A stretch of 64,000 nucleotides of DNA from Prevotella sp. (GCA_013333285.2 JABCPF020000042.1:12302-76301); one strand, 5' to 3'; shown: positions 1 to 12,422, counted from the first letter of the stretch. The notes: generated by a model not told the origin, from the letters alone. Translations and numbers: made by a program.

Positions 1-2
1 CC

Positions 3-2012
3 GTTATAAAAAAGTTTCTCTATTCCGATCATGAGATATTTTTGCGTGAACTTGTTTCAAATGCCGTTGACGCAACACAAAAGTTAAAGACCCTCGCTCA
101 AAAAGGAGACTTCGCTGGCGACATGAGCGACGCTTCTGTTCGTTTAAAGCTTGACAAGGAGGCTAAAACGTTAACGATAAGCGATAACGGTATAGGTATG
201 ACCGCAGAAGAGATTGATAAGTATATCAATCAGATTGCTTTTTCAGGTGTTACCGATTTCCTTTCTAAGTATAAAGACGAGGAAGTATCAATCATTGGGC
301 ACTTCGGATTAGGTTTCTATTCTTCATTCATGGTGTCAGATAAGGTTGAGATCATCACCAAAAGCTACCAAGAGGGTGCAAAAGCTGTACGTTGGAGCTG
401 CGATGGCTCACCTGAATTTACTCTCGAAGATGCAGAAAGAGAGAGTCATGGTTCTGATATCATTCTTCATATCTCTGACGATTGCAAGGAATTCCTTGAG
501 AAAAATAAGATTGAAGAGCTGCTGAACAAGTATTGTAAATTCATGGCTGTGCCCGTCATTTTTGGCAAAAAGACTGAATGGAAGGACGGCAAGCAGGTTG
601 AAACAGCTGAGGATAACGTTATCAATCATGTAGAACCCTTATGGACTAAGGCCCCATCGAGCCTTAAAGATGAGGATTACAAGAAGTTCTACCAAACGCT
701 TTATCCTATGCAGGACGAGCCTTTGTTCTGGATTCACTTGAATGTTGACTTCCCATTCCATTTGACAGGTATTCTTTATTTCCCCCGTGTCCACAACAGC
801 ATTGAGCTACAACGCAACAAGATTCAACTATACTGTAATCAGGTTTTCGTCACCGACCAAGTTGAAGGTATAGTACCTGACTTCCTGACACTGCTGCACG
901 GTGTAATCGATTCTCCCGATATCCCGCTGAATGTTAGCCGTTCATACTTGCAGGGCGATGCTAATGTGAAGAAGATTTCTTCTTATATTACAAAGAAAGT
1001 AGCCGACCGTTTAAGTCAGACATTTAAAGATGATCGCAAAGATTATGAAACAAAATGGGACGACTTAAAGCTGTTTATCAACTACGGCATGCTTTCACAG
1101 GAAGACTTCTACGACCGTGCGAAGGACTTCTCGCTCTTTAAAGACGTTGACGGCAAGTACTTTACCTTTGACGAATATAAAACTCTCATCAAAGATAATC
1201 AAACTGATAAGAACGGCGATCTGATATATTTGTATGCCACTAACAAAGATGAGCAGTACACATATATCAATGCAGCGCAGGCCAAAGGCTACAGCGTGCT
1301 GATGTTTGACGGCCAGCTTGACGTACCAATGGTTAGTATGCTTGAGCAGAAATTTGAAAAGAGTCGTTTCTCACGCGTTGATGCCGACATTGTTGAACGA
1401 CTGATTGCAAAAGACGATGAGAAGAAAGAAGAACTTGGAACTGACGAGCGTGACAAACTGTCAGAGCTTTTCCGTTCACAAATGCCATCAGGAGGCAAGG
1501 TAAATTACACCGTTGACGTTGAAGCATTAGGTGCAGAAGGTACACCTGTTATCATCACACAGAACGAATACATGCGTCGTATGAAGGAGATGAGTCACTT
1601 CCAAGCGGGCATGAGTTTCTATGGTGAAATGCCCGACTCTTATACAGTTGTGCTCAACTCTGACCACCGTTTGGTAAAGAATATTCTTAACGATGCCAAT
1701 GCAAGCGTGGCTGAAGCTCTGAAACCTATTGAAGCAGAGTTGAAAGGGCAACAGGCTCGTTTAGATGCGCTTCGCCAAAACCAGAGCAAGAAAAAGCCTG
1801 AAGAGGTTACTCAGGAAGAGAAGGACGACCTTCAGAACACTGAAAAAGCCATGAATGAGCAGCGCGAAAAGAAGAACAAAGTGCTTGCTGATTACGCACA
1901 GGGTAACAAAGTTGTACACGAACTTATCGACCTTGCTTTGCTTCAGAATGGCATGTTAAAGGGCGAGGCTCTTGACAAATTCCTGAAACGTTCAATTGAA
2001 ATGATAGGCTAA
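3..2012 (+). CDS. htpG: Chaperone HtpG (Hsp90), 5' end outside window
   Basis: Frame is open from position 3 (VIKKFLYSDHEIFLRELVSNAVDA); GHKL ATPase motifs DNGIGMT and IGHFGLGFYS; GVIDSPDIPLNVSRS. Confidence 0.97.
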   Translation, partial: VIKKFLYSDHEIFLRELVSNAVDATQKLKTLAQKGDFAGDMSDASVRLKLDKEAKTLTISDNGIGMTAEEIDKYINQIAFSGVTDFLSKYKDEEVSIIGHFGLGFYSSFMVSDKVEIITKSYQEGAKAVRWSCDGSPEFTLEDAERESHGSDIILHISDDCKEFLEKNKIEELLNKYCKFMAVPVIFGKKTEWKDGKQVETAEDNVINHVEPLWTKAPSSLKDEDYKKFYQTLYPMQDEPLFWIHLNVDFPFHLTGILYFPRVHNSIELQRNKIQLYCNQVFVTDQVEGIVPDFLTLLHGVIDSPDIPLNVSRSYLQGDANVKKISSYITKKVADRLSQTFKDDRKDYETKWDDLKLFINYGMLSQEDFYDRAKDFSLFKDVDGKYFTFDEYKTLIKDNQTDKNGDLIYLYATNKDEQYTYINAAQAKGYSVLMFDGQLDVPMVSMLEQKFEKSRFSRVDADIVERLIAKDDEKKEELGTDERDKLSELFRSQMPSGGKVNYTVDVEALGAEGTPVIITQNEYMRRMKEMSHFQAGMSFYGEMPDSYTVVLNSDHRLVKNILNDANASVAEALKPIEAELKGQQARLDALRQNQSKKKPEEVTQEEKDDLQNTEKAMNEQREKKNKVLADYAQGNKVVHELIDLALLQNGMLKGEALDKFLKRSIEMIG

Positions 2013-2042
2013 ACACAGTCAGAAATTGATAAAAATACGCTT

Positions 2043-2693
2043 ATGACGCGTAAGGAACGATACGATTATATCTTATCCTATTTTCGACAGAGAGAGCCGA
2101 ATGTGACCACAGAGCTTCAGTTTGGTTCTGCCTTCCAGTTGCTTTGTGCCACATTGTTATCTGCCCAATGCACTGATAAGCGCATCAACGAGGTAACCCC
2201 GGCTCTCTTTGCTAAATATCCAACGCCCGAGTTGATGGCAAAAGCATCAGTCGATGACATTTTCGAGTACGTTCGCAGTGTTAGTTATCCTAATGCGAAA
2301 TCGCGCCATTTGGTTGAGATGTCGCGCATGCTGGTCGAACAATTTGGCGGTGTTATTCCTGACGATCCAAAGGAACTGGTTAAGCTTCCTGGCGTAGGCC
2401 GCAAAACGGCTAACGTATTACAGGCCGTGTGGTTTGGCAAAGCTACAATGGCCGTCGACACACACGTTTACCGTGTATCTCATCGTCTTGGGCTTGTTCC
2501 TAAAACAGCGAATACCCCTCGCAAAGTAGAGGATTACTTGATGACACATATTCCCGAAACCGATGTTCGCGATGCACACCATTGGTTGCTCCTTCACGGT
2601 CGATATGTGTGCCAGAGTGCCCGACCGAAATGCGAGAAATGCCCGTTTGAAAGCTTTTGTCCCAAACTGTTAGAAGGTAGTAAATTAGAGTAA
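2043..2693 (+). CDS. nth: Endonuclease III
   Basis: LLSAQCTD, HhH motif LPGVGRKTAN, VDTHV, C-terminal 4Fe-4S motif CQSARPKCEKCPFESFC. Confidence 0.96.
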   Translation: MTRKERYDYILSYFRQREPNVTTELQFGSAFQLLCATLLSAQCTDKRINEVTPALFAKYPTPELMAKASVDDIFEYVRSVSYPNAKSRHLVEMSRMLVEQFGGVIPDDPKELVKLPGVGRKTANVLQAVWFGKATMAVDTHVYRVSHRLGLVPKTANTPRKVEDYLMTHIPETDVRDAHHWLLLHGRYVCQSARPKCEKCPFESFCPKLLEGSKLE

Positions 2694-2701
2694 ATAATGT
2701 C

Positions 2702-3415
2702 ATGGACACAAAACTGATATTCAATTTTCTTCGCGATATAGCAGCTAATAACAACCGTCCTTGGTTTCAGGAGCACAAAGCGGAATATGAGAAAGCCAAA
2801 GCCGAATTTGAAAAAGGTGTTGAAGAAGCTATCAATACCATTTCCAAATTCGACCCATCTATCTCACATCTTACGGTGAAAGACTGTTGTTACCGCTTTT
2901 ATCGCGACACGCGTTTTAGCTTAGACAAGTCGCCCTACAAGCGCCATTTTGGTGCTTATATTTCAGCCCACGGCAAGAAATCGTTACATGGCGGCTATTA
3001 TATTCATCTGCAACCCGGTCATTGTTTGCTGGCTATTGGCAGCTATTGGTTGCCTACAAATATTCTCACTTCGATGCGAAACGAGATTATGGGTAACATT
3101 GACGAGTGGCGAAAATGTGTTGAAGGTGGGCAGTTTATCAATACTTTCGGCTATCCTAACGCCTCAACATGGGAAGGCGAATTTCCTTCTGACGGAAAAG
3201 GCTTTGGCATAGGGCATCTGAAAAAAGCGCCAAGAGACTTTCCGAAAGACTACGAATTTCTGCCGTATCTTAAAATGAAAGACTATTGTGCTTGGCATTG
3301 CGTTGACGACGACTTTTTTATAAATGACAACTGGACACAAGCCATGTCGCGCATTTTCAAAATAGGCAAACCGATGATGGATATGGTTAACGACGTGGTT
3401 GACGACTACGAATAA
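2702..3415 (+). CDS. DUF2461 family protein
   Basis: NNNRPWFQEHK and YRFYRDTRFSLDKSPYK motifs typical of DUF2461. Confidence 0.88.
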   Translation: MDTKLIFNFLRDIAANNNRPWFQEHKAEYEKAKAEFEKGVEEAINTISKFDPSISHLTVKDCCYRFYRDTRFSLDKSPYKRHFGAYISAHGKKSLHGGYYIHLQPGHCLLAIGSYWLPTNILTSMRNEIMGNIDEWRKCVEGGQFINTFGYPNASTWEGEFPSDGKGFGIGHLKKAPRDFPKDYEFLPYLKMKDYCAWHCVDDDFFINDNWTQAMSRIFKIGKPMMDMVNDVVDDYE

Positions 3416-3504
3416 CATCAAATGCGCATGTACGTTTTACGATACATGCGCATTTTTTCTTGAATTACTTTATTTTCACCCTCTGTTCTTGTTGAAAAAC
3501 TGAT

Positions 3505-3594
3505 TGTACGGCGTTCGCAGTACACTTTGTACGACGGCCGTGTCACGATGTGTACGGCGACCGTCATACGCGCGTGCGACGGCCGCCAAACAAC
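3505..3594. repeat. Intergenic ~90-bp element, copy 1: four 22-23-bp palindromic units with CGGCCG-like core
   Basis: Cores at 3512 (CGTTCG), 3535, 3558 (CGACCG), 3580; same architecture at 27026, 39343 and 63460. Confidence 0.85.
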
Positions 3595-3876
3595 TACGCT
3601 TTGGCTGAAAAGTTTGCAGCATAAGCTTGTAAAATACACAGGATAAAACAGCAATCAACCAGCTATAAAAGTGTGTAGATAGAACGAATAGAACACGAAG
3701 ATATTTTGATACGTCTACCCAACCTTTTAAATTTTGATAAACAAACGTTATAATTACATAAAACAGAACTCACAAACATAACATTTTCGATAAAATTTCG
3801 TATTTTTACGTAGAAAAGTGGATTGCATAATAATAGGCATCTTCTTAAACAGTCCCATTTATTCCAAATCAAAATA

Positions 3877-4749
3877 ATGAGGCAATTAAAGATTCAGAAA
3901 AGTATCACTAACCGCTCAAGTGAGGCATTAGACAAATACTTAATGGAAATAGGGCGCGCTCCTCTCATCTCCATAGAAGAAGAGATTGAGCTGGCTCAGA
4001 AAATAAAAAAAGGCGGGCGAGACGCTGAACAGGCCAAAAACAAATTAGTAACGGCCAACCTTAGGTTCGTCGTTTCGGTTGCTAAACAATATCAGCATCA
4101 AGGATTATCGCTTACCGACTTAATTGACGAGGGCAATATCGGACTGATAAAAGCCGCTGAAAAGTTTGACGAAACGCGCGGTTTTAAGTTCATTTCGTAT
4201 GCCGTTTGGTGGATTCGTCAAAGTATTTTGCAGGCCATTGCCGAGCAAAGCCGTATCGTACGCTTGCCATTGAACCAAGTAGGCTCATTAAGTAAGATCA
4301 ACCAAGAGATTAATAAGTTCGAACAAAAGTACGAACGCAAACCTAGTATAGAGGAGATTTCGGACATCACAAACGTTGACGCGACAAAGATTGGCCAAAG
4401 TATGATGGCTGATGGACGCCACGTAAGCATTGACGCACCTTTTGAAGAAGGCGAAGATAACACCATGCTCGATGTGATGCCAAGCGGTGATGACAGCAGG
4501 ACTGACCGCTTAGTCGACTACGAAAGCATGTCGCAGGACGTGCTTGAAGTGCTTAAACGCGTATTGAATCAGCGCGAAATAACCATTATCTGCAAATGTT
4601 TCGGCATAGGATGCAACGAGTTAGGACTCGAAGAAATTGCAGATCAATTAGGGTTAACACGCGAACGCGTTAGACAGATTCGTGAGAAGAGCATTGTAAA
4701 ACTACGCGAGAGCGGCAATGTTAAAGTTCTCATGAAGTATTTAGGGTAG
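3877..4749 (+). CDS. Sigma-70 factor, Bacteroidota RpoD/SigA type (lacks region 1.1)
   Basis: ATG at 3877 gives MRQLKIQKSITNR; region 2 NLRFVVSVAKQY and GFKFISYAVWWIRQSI; region 4 LTRERVRQIREK. Confidence 0.93.
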   Translation: MRQLKIQKSITNRSSEALDKYLMEIGRAPLISIEEEIELAQKIKKGGRDAEQAKNKLVTANLRFVVSVAKQYQHQGLSLTDLIDEGNIGLIKAAEKFDETRGFKFISYAVWWIRQSILQAIAEQSRIVRLPLNQVGSLSKINQEINKFEQKYERKPSIEEISDITNVDATKIGQSMMADGRHVSIDAPFEEGEDNTMLDVMPSGDDSRTDRLVDYESMSQDVLEVLKRVLNQREITIICKCFGIGCNELGLEEIADQLGLTRERVRQIREKSIVKLRESGNVKVLMKYLG

Positions 4750-4780
4750 CATATTTGAATATACATTTGAAAACATTTAG

Positions 4781-4816
4781 TATAGGGTGGCTTTTAAAAG
4801 GCCGCCCTATATTTTT
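4781..4816 (+). terminator. Intrinsic terminator after the sigma factor gene
   Basis: TATAGGGTGGCTTTT/AAAAGGCCGCCCTATA hairpin followed by a T-run. Confidence 0.8.
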
Positions 4817-4960
4817 GTCTGCTTGACAACGATACCCACTAACTTGCTTTTATTCACTAAATTTCCGAAGAAAATATATTTGCTTATATAAAAGCCCCTT
4901 TTAAACCGTCTGAAAACCGAAAATACAACCTCCCACCCCTTCTATATCAATTAAAAGTTG

Positions 4961-4968
4961 TATCTTTG
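4961..4968 (+). promoter_or_regulatory. Bacteroidota -7 promoter element
   Basis: TATCTTTG, 44 nt before the ABC-F start. Confidence 0.65.
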
Positions 4969-5012
4969 CAGCCAAATTGCATTTTATATTCTATTAAGGC
5001 ATATTCATTTAA

Positions 5013-6635
<1,623 letters not shown>

Positions 6636-6666
6636 AAACAACAAGGTGTGTCATACTTTTAATAAA

Positions 6667-6682
6667 TGGCACACCTTTTGCA
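6667..6682 (+). promoter_or_regulatory. Sigma-54-type -24/-12 element upstream of grpE, inside a hairpin
   Basis: TGGCAC-ACCTT-TTGCA matches TGGCAC-N5-TTGCW; it overlaps the right arm of the inverted repeat AAGGTGTGTCAT/ATGGCACACCTT. Confidence 0.55.
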
Positions 6683-6713
6683 TTATATGCTCGTAAACAA
6701 TGAATTACCTACT

Positions 6714-7358
6714 ATGATAGAAAAAGAAACAAAAGAAAAGAAGATAAAGGTGGAAGACGGCCAGACTTCACAGGAGCAAAACTGTAACACTACACAGGAA
6801 GCAGAAGCTATGGCAACCAAAGAAACAACAGATACGAAGGCTAATAGCGACACCAAACAGGCGAAAGAGCAAACTGATTCGGACGTAGAAGCTACACAAG
6901 ATACCAATTGTGAAGATGCACTACAAAAGGCAAATGACGAAATTACTGCCTTGAAAGATAAATATTTACGCTCAGTAGCTGAATTCGAAAACTACAAAAA
7001 ACGAACGCTAAAAGAAAAAGCCGAATTGATTATAAACGGCAGCGAAAAAAGCGTTGCAGCTATTTTGCCTGTACTTGACGACTTTGAACGTGCATTAGCT
7101 GATAAAAGTGACGATCCCATTGCGATTAGAGAAGGTGTACAAATGATATACAATAAGTTTATCAAAACCCTTGAAAGTCTTGGCGTTAAGAAAATGGAAA
7201 CTGAGGATAAAGACTTTAATACCGACTACCATGAGGCGGTAGCGATGGTCCCTGGCCTCGGAGACGACAAGAAAGGAAAGGTAATAGACTGTATTCAAAC
7301 AGGCTACACCCTTAACGAAAAGGTAATACGCCACGCTAAAGTAGCCGTAGGTCAATAA
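6714..7358 (+). CDS. grpE: Nucleotide exchange factor GrpE
   Basis: YLRSVAEFENYKKR, LPVLDDFERAL, GYTLNEKVIRHAKVAV; start placed at ATG 6714. Confidence 0.95.
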   Translation: MIEKETKEKKIKVEDGQTSQEQNCNTTQEAEAMATKETTDTKANSDTKQAKEQTDSDVEATQDTNCEDALQKANDEITALKDKYLRSVAEFENYKKRTLKEKAELIINGSEKSVAAILPVLDDFERALADKSDDPIAIREGVQMIYNKFIKTLESLGVKKMETEDKDFNTDYHEAVAMVPGLGDDKKGKVIDCIQTGYTLNEKVIRHAKVAVGQ

Positions 7359-7421
7359 GAGAAACTACGCTATACAGCAACTTTTTCATAAGGATATCAG
7401 CATACACATTTAAACAATCGT

Positions 7422-8597
7422 ATGGCAAACAAACGAGATTATTATGAGGTGCTTGGCGTAGACAAGAATGCCTCACAAGACGAAATCAAGAAAGCTTACC
7501 GCAAATTAGCCATTAAATACCACCCCGACCGTAACCCCGGTGACAAGGAAGCCGAAAGTAAATTTAAAGAAGCCGCTGAAGCATACGAAGTACTGCACGA
7601 TGAAAACAAGCGTGCACAGTATGACCAGTTTGGCTTTGACGGACCACAAGGTGGTGGTTTCGGCGGATTCGGAGGCGATATGAATATGGACGATATCTTC
7701 TCTGCGTTCGGCGATATATTCGGAGGACGTGGTGGATTTGGAGGTTTCGGCGGATTCGGAGGCTTTGGCGGATCACGAGGTGGTGCGCAACAGCGTGTGT
7801 TTCGTGGTGCAGATCTCCGACTCAAAGTAAAACTATCACTACAAGATATAGCAAGTGGTGTCACCAAGAAATTTAAAGTTCGTGAAGATGTTACTTGTGA
7901 ACAATGTAGCGGTTCGGGCGCCGAGAGCGGTAGTAAACCTGAAACTTGTCCAACCTGTCATGGCGCAGGTGTAGTTAATCGTACCGTACAATCGATGTTT
8001 GGTATGATGACAACACAAAGCGAATGCCCCACTTGTCAAGGTGAAGGAACTATCATTAAGAATAAATGTAAGGCATGTGGTGGAAAAGGTGTGGTAAAAG
8101 GCGAAAAGGTTGTTGAAATAAACATACCTGCAGGTGTTGAAGAAGGCATGGTGATTAACGTTCACGGAAAAGGAAATGCTGGCCCTCGCAACGGAATACC
8201 AGGCGATATTCAAGTGTTGGTAGAAGAAGAAAAAAACAACACTTTCGTTCGTGACAAGCAAGATATCATATACAATCTGCTTCTCGATTTCCCTACTGCT
8301 GCACTAGGTGGCGAAGCTGAAATTCCTACTATTGATGATAAGAGAATTAAACTTAAGATAGAACCCGGAACACAACCCGGCAAAACCGTGCGCCTACGTG
8401 GTAAAGGTCTGCCTGCAGTAAAAGGCTATGGTTCGGGCATGGGTGACCTTATCGTTAACATGAGTGTGTTTGTTCCTAAAACCCTATCAAAAGAAGAGCG
8501 TAAATGTATTGAAGGACTGAAAGATAGTGAGAACTTTAAAGGTGATGCTTCTACAAAGAAAAGCATATTCGAAAAGTTCAGAAACTATTTCAGTTAA
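7422..8597 (+). CDS. dnaJ: Chaperone DnaJ
   Basis: J domain with HPD, G/F-rich region, four CxxCxGxG repeats. Confidence 0.97.
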   Translation: MANKRDYYEVLGVDKNASQDEIKKAYRKLAIKYHPDRNPGDKEAESKFKEAAEAYEVLHDENKRAQYDQFGFDGPQGGGFGGFGGDMNMDDIFSAFGDIFGGRGGFGGFGGFGGFGGSRGGAQQRVFRGADLRLKVKLSLQDIASGVTKKFKVREDVTCEQCSGSGAESGSKPETCPTCHGAGVVNRTVQSMFGMMTTQSECPTCQGEGTIIKNKCKACGGKGVVKGEKVVEINIPAGVEEGMVINVHGKGNAGPRNGIPGDIQVLVEEEKNNTFVRDKQDIIYNLLLDFPTAALGGEAEIPTIDDKRIKLKIEPGTQPGKTVRLRGKGLPAVKGYGSGMGDLIVNMSVFVPKTLSKEERKCIEGLKDSENFKGDASTKKSIFEKFRNYFS

Positions 8598-8689
8598 GAC
8601 AACCATTTATATAAAACAACGCAACAGCCAGTCAAACATTTGAAAGATCAGATGCTTTGGCTGGCTCTGTCTTTATCATCTAAAAAACA

Positions 8690-9976
8690 ATGACTTACCA
8701 AGAAACCATACAATATCTTTTTAATAGCACACCTGTTTTTGAACACGTTGGAGCAACAGCCTACAAACCAGGGCTATATAACACCCGTGAACTTGACCAA
8801 CATTTTGGACACCCACACATCGCTTACAAAACAATTCACATTGCTGGAACCAATGGGAAAGGTTCGTGTTCGCATACCCTTGCAGCCATACTGCAGGAGG
8901 CAGGATACAAGGTGGGATTATATACTTCGCCACACTTGGTTGACTTTAGAGAGCGTATCCGAGTAAATGGACACCCTATTTCAGAGCAACGTGTGATAGA
9001 TTTTGTTGAGCAAGAGCGCGCATTCTTTGAACCGCTAAATCCCTCTTTTTTTGAACTTACAACGGCCTTAGCCTTACTCTATTTCAAAGAGCAACAAGTT
9101 GATGTGGCTGTTATTGAAGTGGGATTGGGTGGCAGGCTCGACTGTACCAACATTATCACTCCCGTATTGTCATTAATAACAAACATCAGTTTTGACCACA
9201 CACAGTTTCTTGGCAACACACTTGAACAGATAGCAGCAGAGAAAGCTGGAATTATTAAACAACACGTACCCGTAGTTATAGGCGAGACTGTACCAGAGAC
9301 ACGAACTGTTTTTAAACAAAAAGCAGCTATACGTAAAGCTCCTATTTACTTTGCCGAAGAAGAGCCAGAGGTACTTTCTTCAAAAGTTTGCCAAACAGGT
9401 GGACGCGATTATATCACCCAAAAATTTGGCAACTTACATGGCCAGTTGGGCGGCGAATACCAAGAGCGGAATGCAAATACAGTACTGAAAGCCCTACCTT
9501 TATTACAAAAGATTTTCAATATTACACCCTATAATATTGTTAGAGGTTTCGCGAATGTTACAACACTTACAGGCTTGCGAGGGAGATGGGAAAAATTAAG
9601 AGAAAATCCTGTTGTAATCTGTGACACAGGACATAACGTGGCTGGTTGGGAATGGCTCGCACCACAAATTAAATCAGCAGTATGTAGAAAGCTTCGATTG
9701 ATATTTGGCATGGTAGATGATAAAGATGTTGAAACGGTTATCAAGCTTCTGCCCAAAAATGCCACCTACTATTGGGCGCAGGCTTCAACTAAACGAGCCA
9801 TACCTTCAAACATCATAGCTGAAATGGGTAGAAAAAATCAATTGGTAGGTACTGACTGCGGTACGGTTGCAAAGGCTTATCACAGAGCTATAACAGATGC
9901 TTCGGCCGATGATTTTATCTTTGTAGGAGGCTCAAGTTATATTGTTTCCGACCTATTATTGTTAAAGGATTTTTAA
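8690..9976 (+). CDS. folC: Folylpolyglutamate synthase/dihydrofolate synthase
   Basis: HIAGTNGKGS, YTSPHLVDFRERI, EVGLGGRLDCTN, EKAGIIK. Confidence 0.95.
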   Translation: MTYQETIQYLFNSTPVFEHVGATAYKPGLYNTRELDQHFGHPHIAYKTIHIAGTNGKGSCSHTLAAILQEAGYKVGLYTSPHLVDFRERIRVNGHPISEQRVIDFVEQERAFFEPLNPSFFELTTALALLYFKEQQVDVAVIEVGLGGRLDCTNIITPVLSLITNISFDHTQFLGNTLEQIAAEKAGIIKQHVPVVIGETVPETRTVFKQKAAIRKAPIYFAEEEPEVLSSKVCQTGGRDYITQKFGNLHGQLGGEYQERNANTVLKALPLLQKIFNITPYNIVRGFANVTTLTGLRGRWEKLRENPVVICDTGHNVAGWEWLAPQIKSAVCRKLRLIFGMVDDKDVETVIKLLPKNATYYWAQASTKRAIPSNIIAEMGRKNQLVGTDCGTVAKAYHRAITDASADDFIFVGGSSYIVSDLLLLKDF

Positions 9977-10074
9977 CACCTAACAGTTCCATTATTTACA
10001 AGTTTTATTTTGTTATTATCGTTTATTTTTCTTTACTTTGCAATTATCAAGATGATAACTAAAAACTTACTCAC

Positions 10075-11166
10075 ATGATGAACACTGCAGAAACACCAAA
10101 CGCATGTGGTCTGAAGCGAGAAGACTTTCAGACCACAATTAATAAGAAAAAAACAGACCTTTTTATTTTACGTAACAGTCAAGGAAACGAGGTCGCTATA
10201 ACAAACTATGGTGGAGCTATTGTTGCAATTATGGTTCCTGACAAAAACGGCAACAAAGCTAACGTTATCATGGGGCATGACAACATCGAAGATGTGATAA
10301 ACTCGCCTGAACCTTATCTCTCAAGACTTATTGGACGCTACGGAAACCGAATTGCTAAAGGTAAATTTACACTGCATGGCAAAGAGTATTCTGTTCCGGT
10401 TAACAACGGGCCAAATTCGTTACATGGAGGAAAAAAAGGGTTTAACGACCGAGTTTGGGATGCCGAACTAATGAATGATCACACTTTGGTTCTACATTAT
10501 GTATCAGCTTACGGCGAAGAAGGTTATACAGGTGAGCTGAAAACCACAGTGGAATATACATGGACCGACAACAATGACCTTCAAATATTTTATCTTGCAT
10601 GTACTAATAAGCAAACAATCCTTAACCTTACACATCACGGATTCTTTGCTTTAGCTGGTACAGCCAACCCTACTCCTTCTATCGATAATGTTAATTTGGA
10701 GATTAACGCTAATTATTACCTTCCTATTGATGAGACTTCTATTCCTACAGGAGAAATTAAAACTGTAGAAGGAACTCCTTTTGACTTCCGCACAGCTAAG
10801 CCTATTGGCAAAGACATTGATGCAGATGATACACAGATTAAGAATGGATCTGGTTACGATCACTGCTATGTTCTAAATAAGAAAGAAGAAGGAGAATTGA
10901 GTCTTGCTGCAAAAGTTTGCGAACCAATCAGTGGTAGAACTATGGAGGTTTATACTACCGAACCGGGTGTGCAGCTTTATACGGGTAACTTCTTAAGTGG
11001 TTTTAAAGGAAGTCATGGGGCTACTTATCCACGTCGTTCTGCGATATGTTTAGAGTGTCAACATTTTCCTGACACACCTAATCATCCATATTTCCCATCT
11101 GTAACTTTAAAACCCGGGGAACAATACAAACAAACAACCATATACCATTTTGGTGTAGACAAATAA
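10075..11166 (+). CDS. galM: Aldose 1-epimerase (galactose mutarotase)
   Basis: GRYGNRIAKG, NSLHGG, GYDHCY, ICLECQHFPD; adjacent to galK. Confidence 0.93.
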   Translation: MMNTAETPNACGLKREDFQTTINKKKTDLFILRNSQGNEVAITNYGGAIVAIMVPDKNGNKANVIMGHDNIEDVINSPEPYLSRLIGRYGNRIAKGKFTLHGKEYSVPVNNGPNSLHGGKKGFNDRVWDAELMNDHTLVLHYVSAYGEEGYTGELKTTVEYTWTDNNDLQIFYLACTNKQTILNLTHHGFFALAGTANPTPSIDNVNLEINANYYLPIDETSIPTGEIKTVEGTPFDFRTAKPIGKDIDADDTQIKNGSGYDHCYVLNKKEEGELSLAAKVCEPISGRTMEVYTTEPGVQLYTGNFLSGFKGSHGATYPRRSAICLECQHFPDTPNHPYFPSVTLKPGEQYKQTTIYHFGVDK

Positions 11167-11234
11167 AAATAGAGAAACTACTCCTTATTGATTTAAAAAT
11201 TAAACAGAAAAAATAACCTTTAAAACCCAAAAAC

Positions 11235-12395
11235 ATGGAAATAGATTTCGTAAGAAGCCGCTTTATCAAGCATTTTGATGGTAAGACTGGAAACATCTAC
11301 GCTTCGCCAGGGCGCATCAATCTGATAGGCGAGCACACCGATTATAATGGAGGATTTGTTTTCCCCGGAGCTGTTGAACAGGGAATTATGGTCGAAATAC
11401 GCCCTAACGGACATCAAAGTTGTAACATCTATTCTATTGACATGAAGGACATGTGTCACTTCAAGTTAGACGATCCAAAAGGTCCAGATACCACATGGGC
11501 ACGCTATATTTTTGGCATTTGCAAGGAAATGATGGCACTGGGTATTGACGTAAAACCATTTAATGCTGCTTTTGCAGGCGATGTACCACTCGGTGCAGGA
11601 ATGTCATCAAGTGCAGCTCTTGAAAGCTGTTTTGGCTTTGCTTTGAATGATCTTTTTGGCGATAACAAGGCCTCAAAGTGGGATATTGCATTAGCGGGAC
11701 AGGCAACAGAGCATAAATATGTTGGTGTAAAATGCGGTATAATGGACCAGTTTGCTTCTGTATTTGGCATGAAAGGCAAGCTTATGCGCTTAGATTGTCG
11801 CAGTCGCGAATTTGAATATTTCCCATGGGATCCCAAGGGATACAAACTTGTTTTACTCAATTCAAAAGTAAAACATGAGCTTGTAGGCTCTCCTTATAAC
11901 GACCGTCGCAACTCGTGTGAAAACGTTGTTAAAGCCATGAATCAGCACTTTACAGATCGTAAATTTGAAACATTACGCGATGCTACATGGGAGGATCTGG
12001 AAGCAGTTAAGGCCCAAGTAAGTGCTGAAGATTACAAGCGCGCACATTTTGTATTAGGCGAAAAAGACAGAGTTTTAGCAGTATGCGAAGCTTTGGAGAA
12101 AGGCAACTACGACGTTGTTGGACAGAAAATGTATGAAACCCATGAAGGTTTAAGCAAAGAATATGAAGTAAGCTGCGAAGAACTTGATTATCTAAACGAA
12201 CTCGCAAAAGAGAATGGCGTAACAGGAAGTCGCATTATGGGTGGCGGATTTGGCGGTTGTACCATCAACCTTGTTAAAGAAGACGTGTATGATAAGTTCA
12301 TTGCCGACGCCAAAGTTAAGTTTGCTGCCAAGTACGGTCATGAGCCATCAGTGATTGATGTTGTCATAGGCGACGGATCACGCCGCATTTGCTAA
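11235..12395 (+). CDS. galK: Galactokinase
   Basis: PGRINLIGEHTDYNGG, PLGAGMSSSAA, CGIMDQF, GSRIMGGGFGGC. Confidence 0.97.
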   Translation: MEIDFVRSRFIKHFDGKTGNIYASPGRINLIGEHTDYNGGFVFPGAVEQGIMVEIRPNGHQSCNIYSIDMKDMCHFKLDDPKGPDTTWARYIFGICKEMMALGIDVKPFNAAFAGDVPLGAGMSSSAALESCFGFALNDLFGDNKASKWDIALAGQATEHKYVGVKCGIMDQFASVFGMKGKLMRLDCRSREFEYFPWDPKGYKLVLLNSKVKHELVGSPYNDRRNSCENVVKAMNQHFTDRKFETLRDATWEDLEAVKAQVSAEDYKRAHFVLGEKDRVLAVCEALEKGNYDVVGQKMYETHEGLSKEYEVSCEELDYLNELAKENGVTGSRIMGGGFGGCTINLVKEDVYDKFIADAKVKFAAKYGHEPSVIDVVIGDGSRRIC

Positions 12396-12422
12396 CATAT
12401 AAATAAACAAATAAGAAACATT

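Noticed and set aside
3505..3594. CRISPR interpretation of the 22-23-bp arrays
   Set aside because: Units abut with no unique spacers, are degenerate, number only four or five, and no cas genes are present.
3418..3658. Short minus-strand ORFs over cassette copy 1, and 63453-63773 over copy 4
   Set aside because: They arise from the stop-poor GC-rich palindromic repeat; no protein-like features.
7650..7775. Repeated GGTTTCGGCGGATTCGGAGGC in dnaJ
   Set aside because: Encodes the normal G/F-rich linker.
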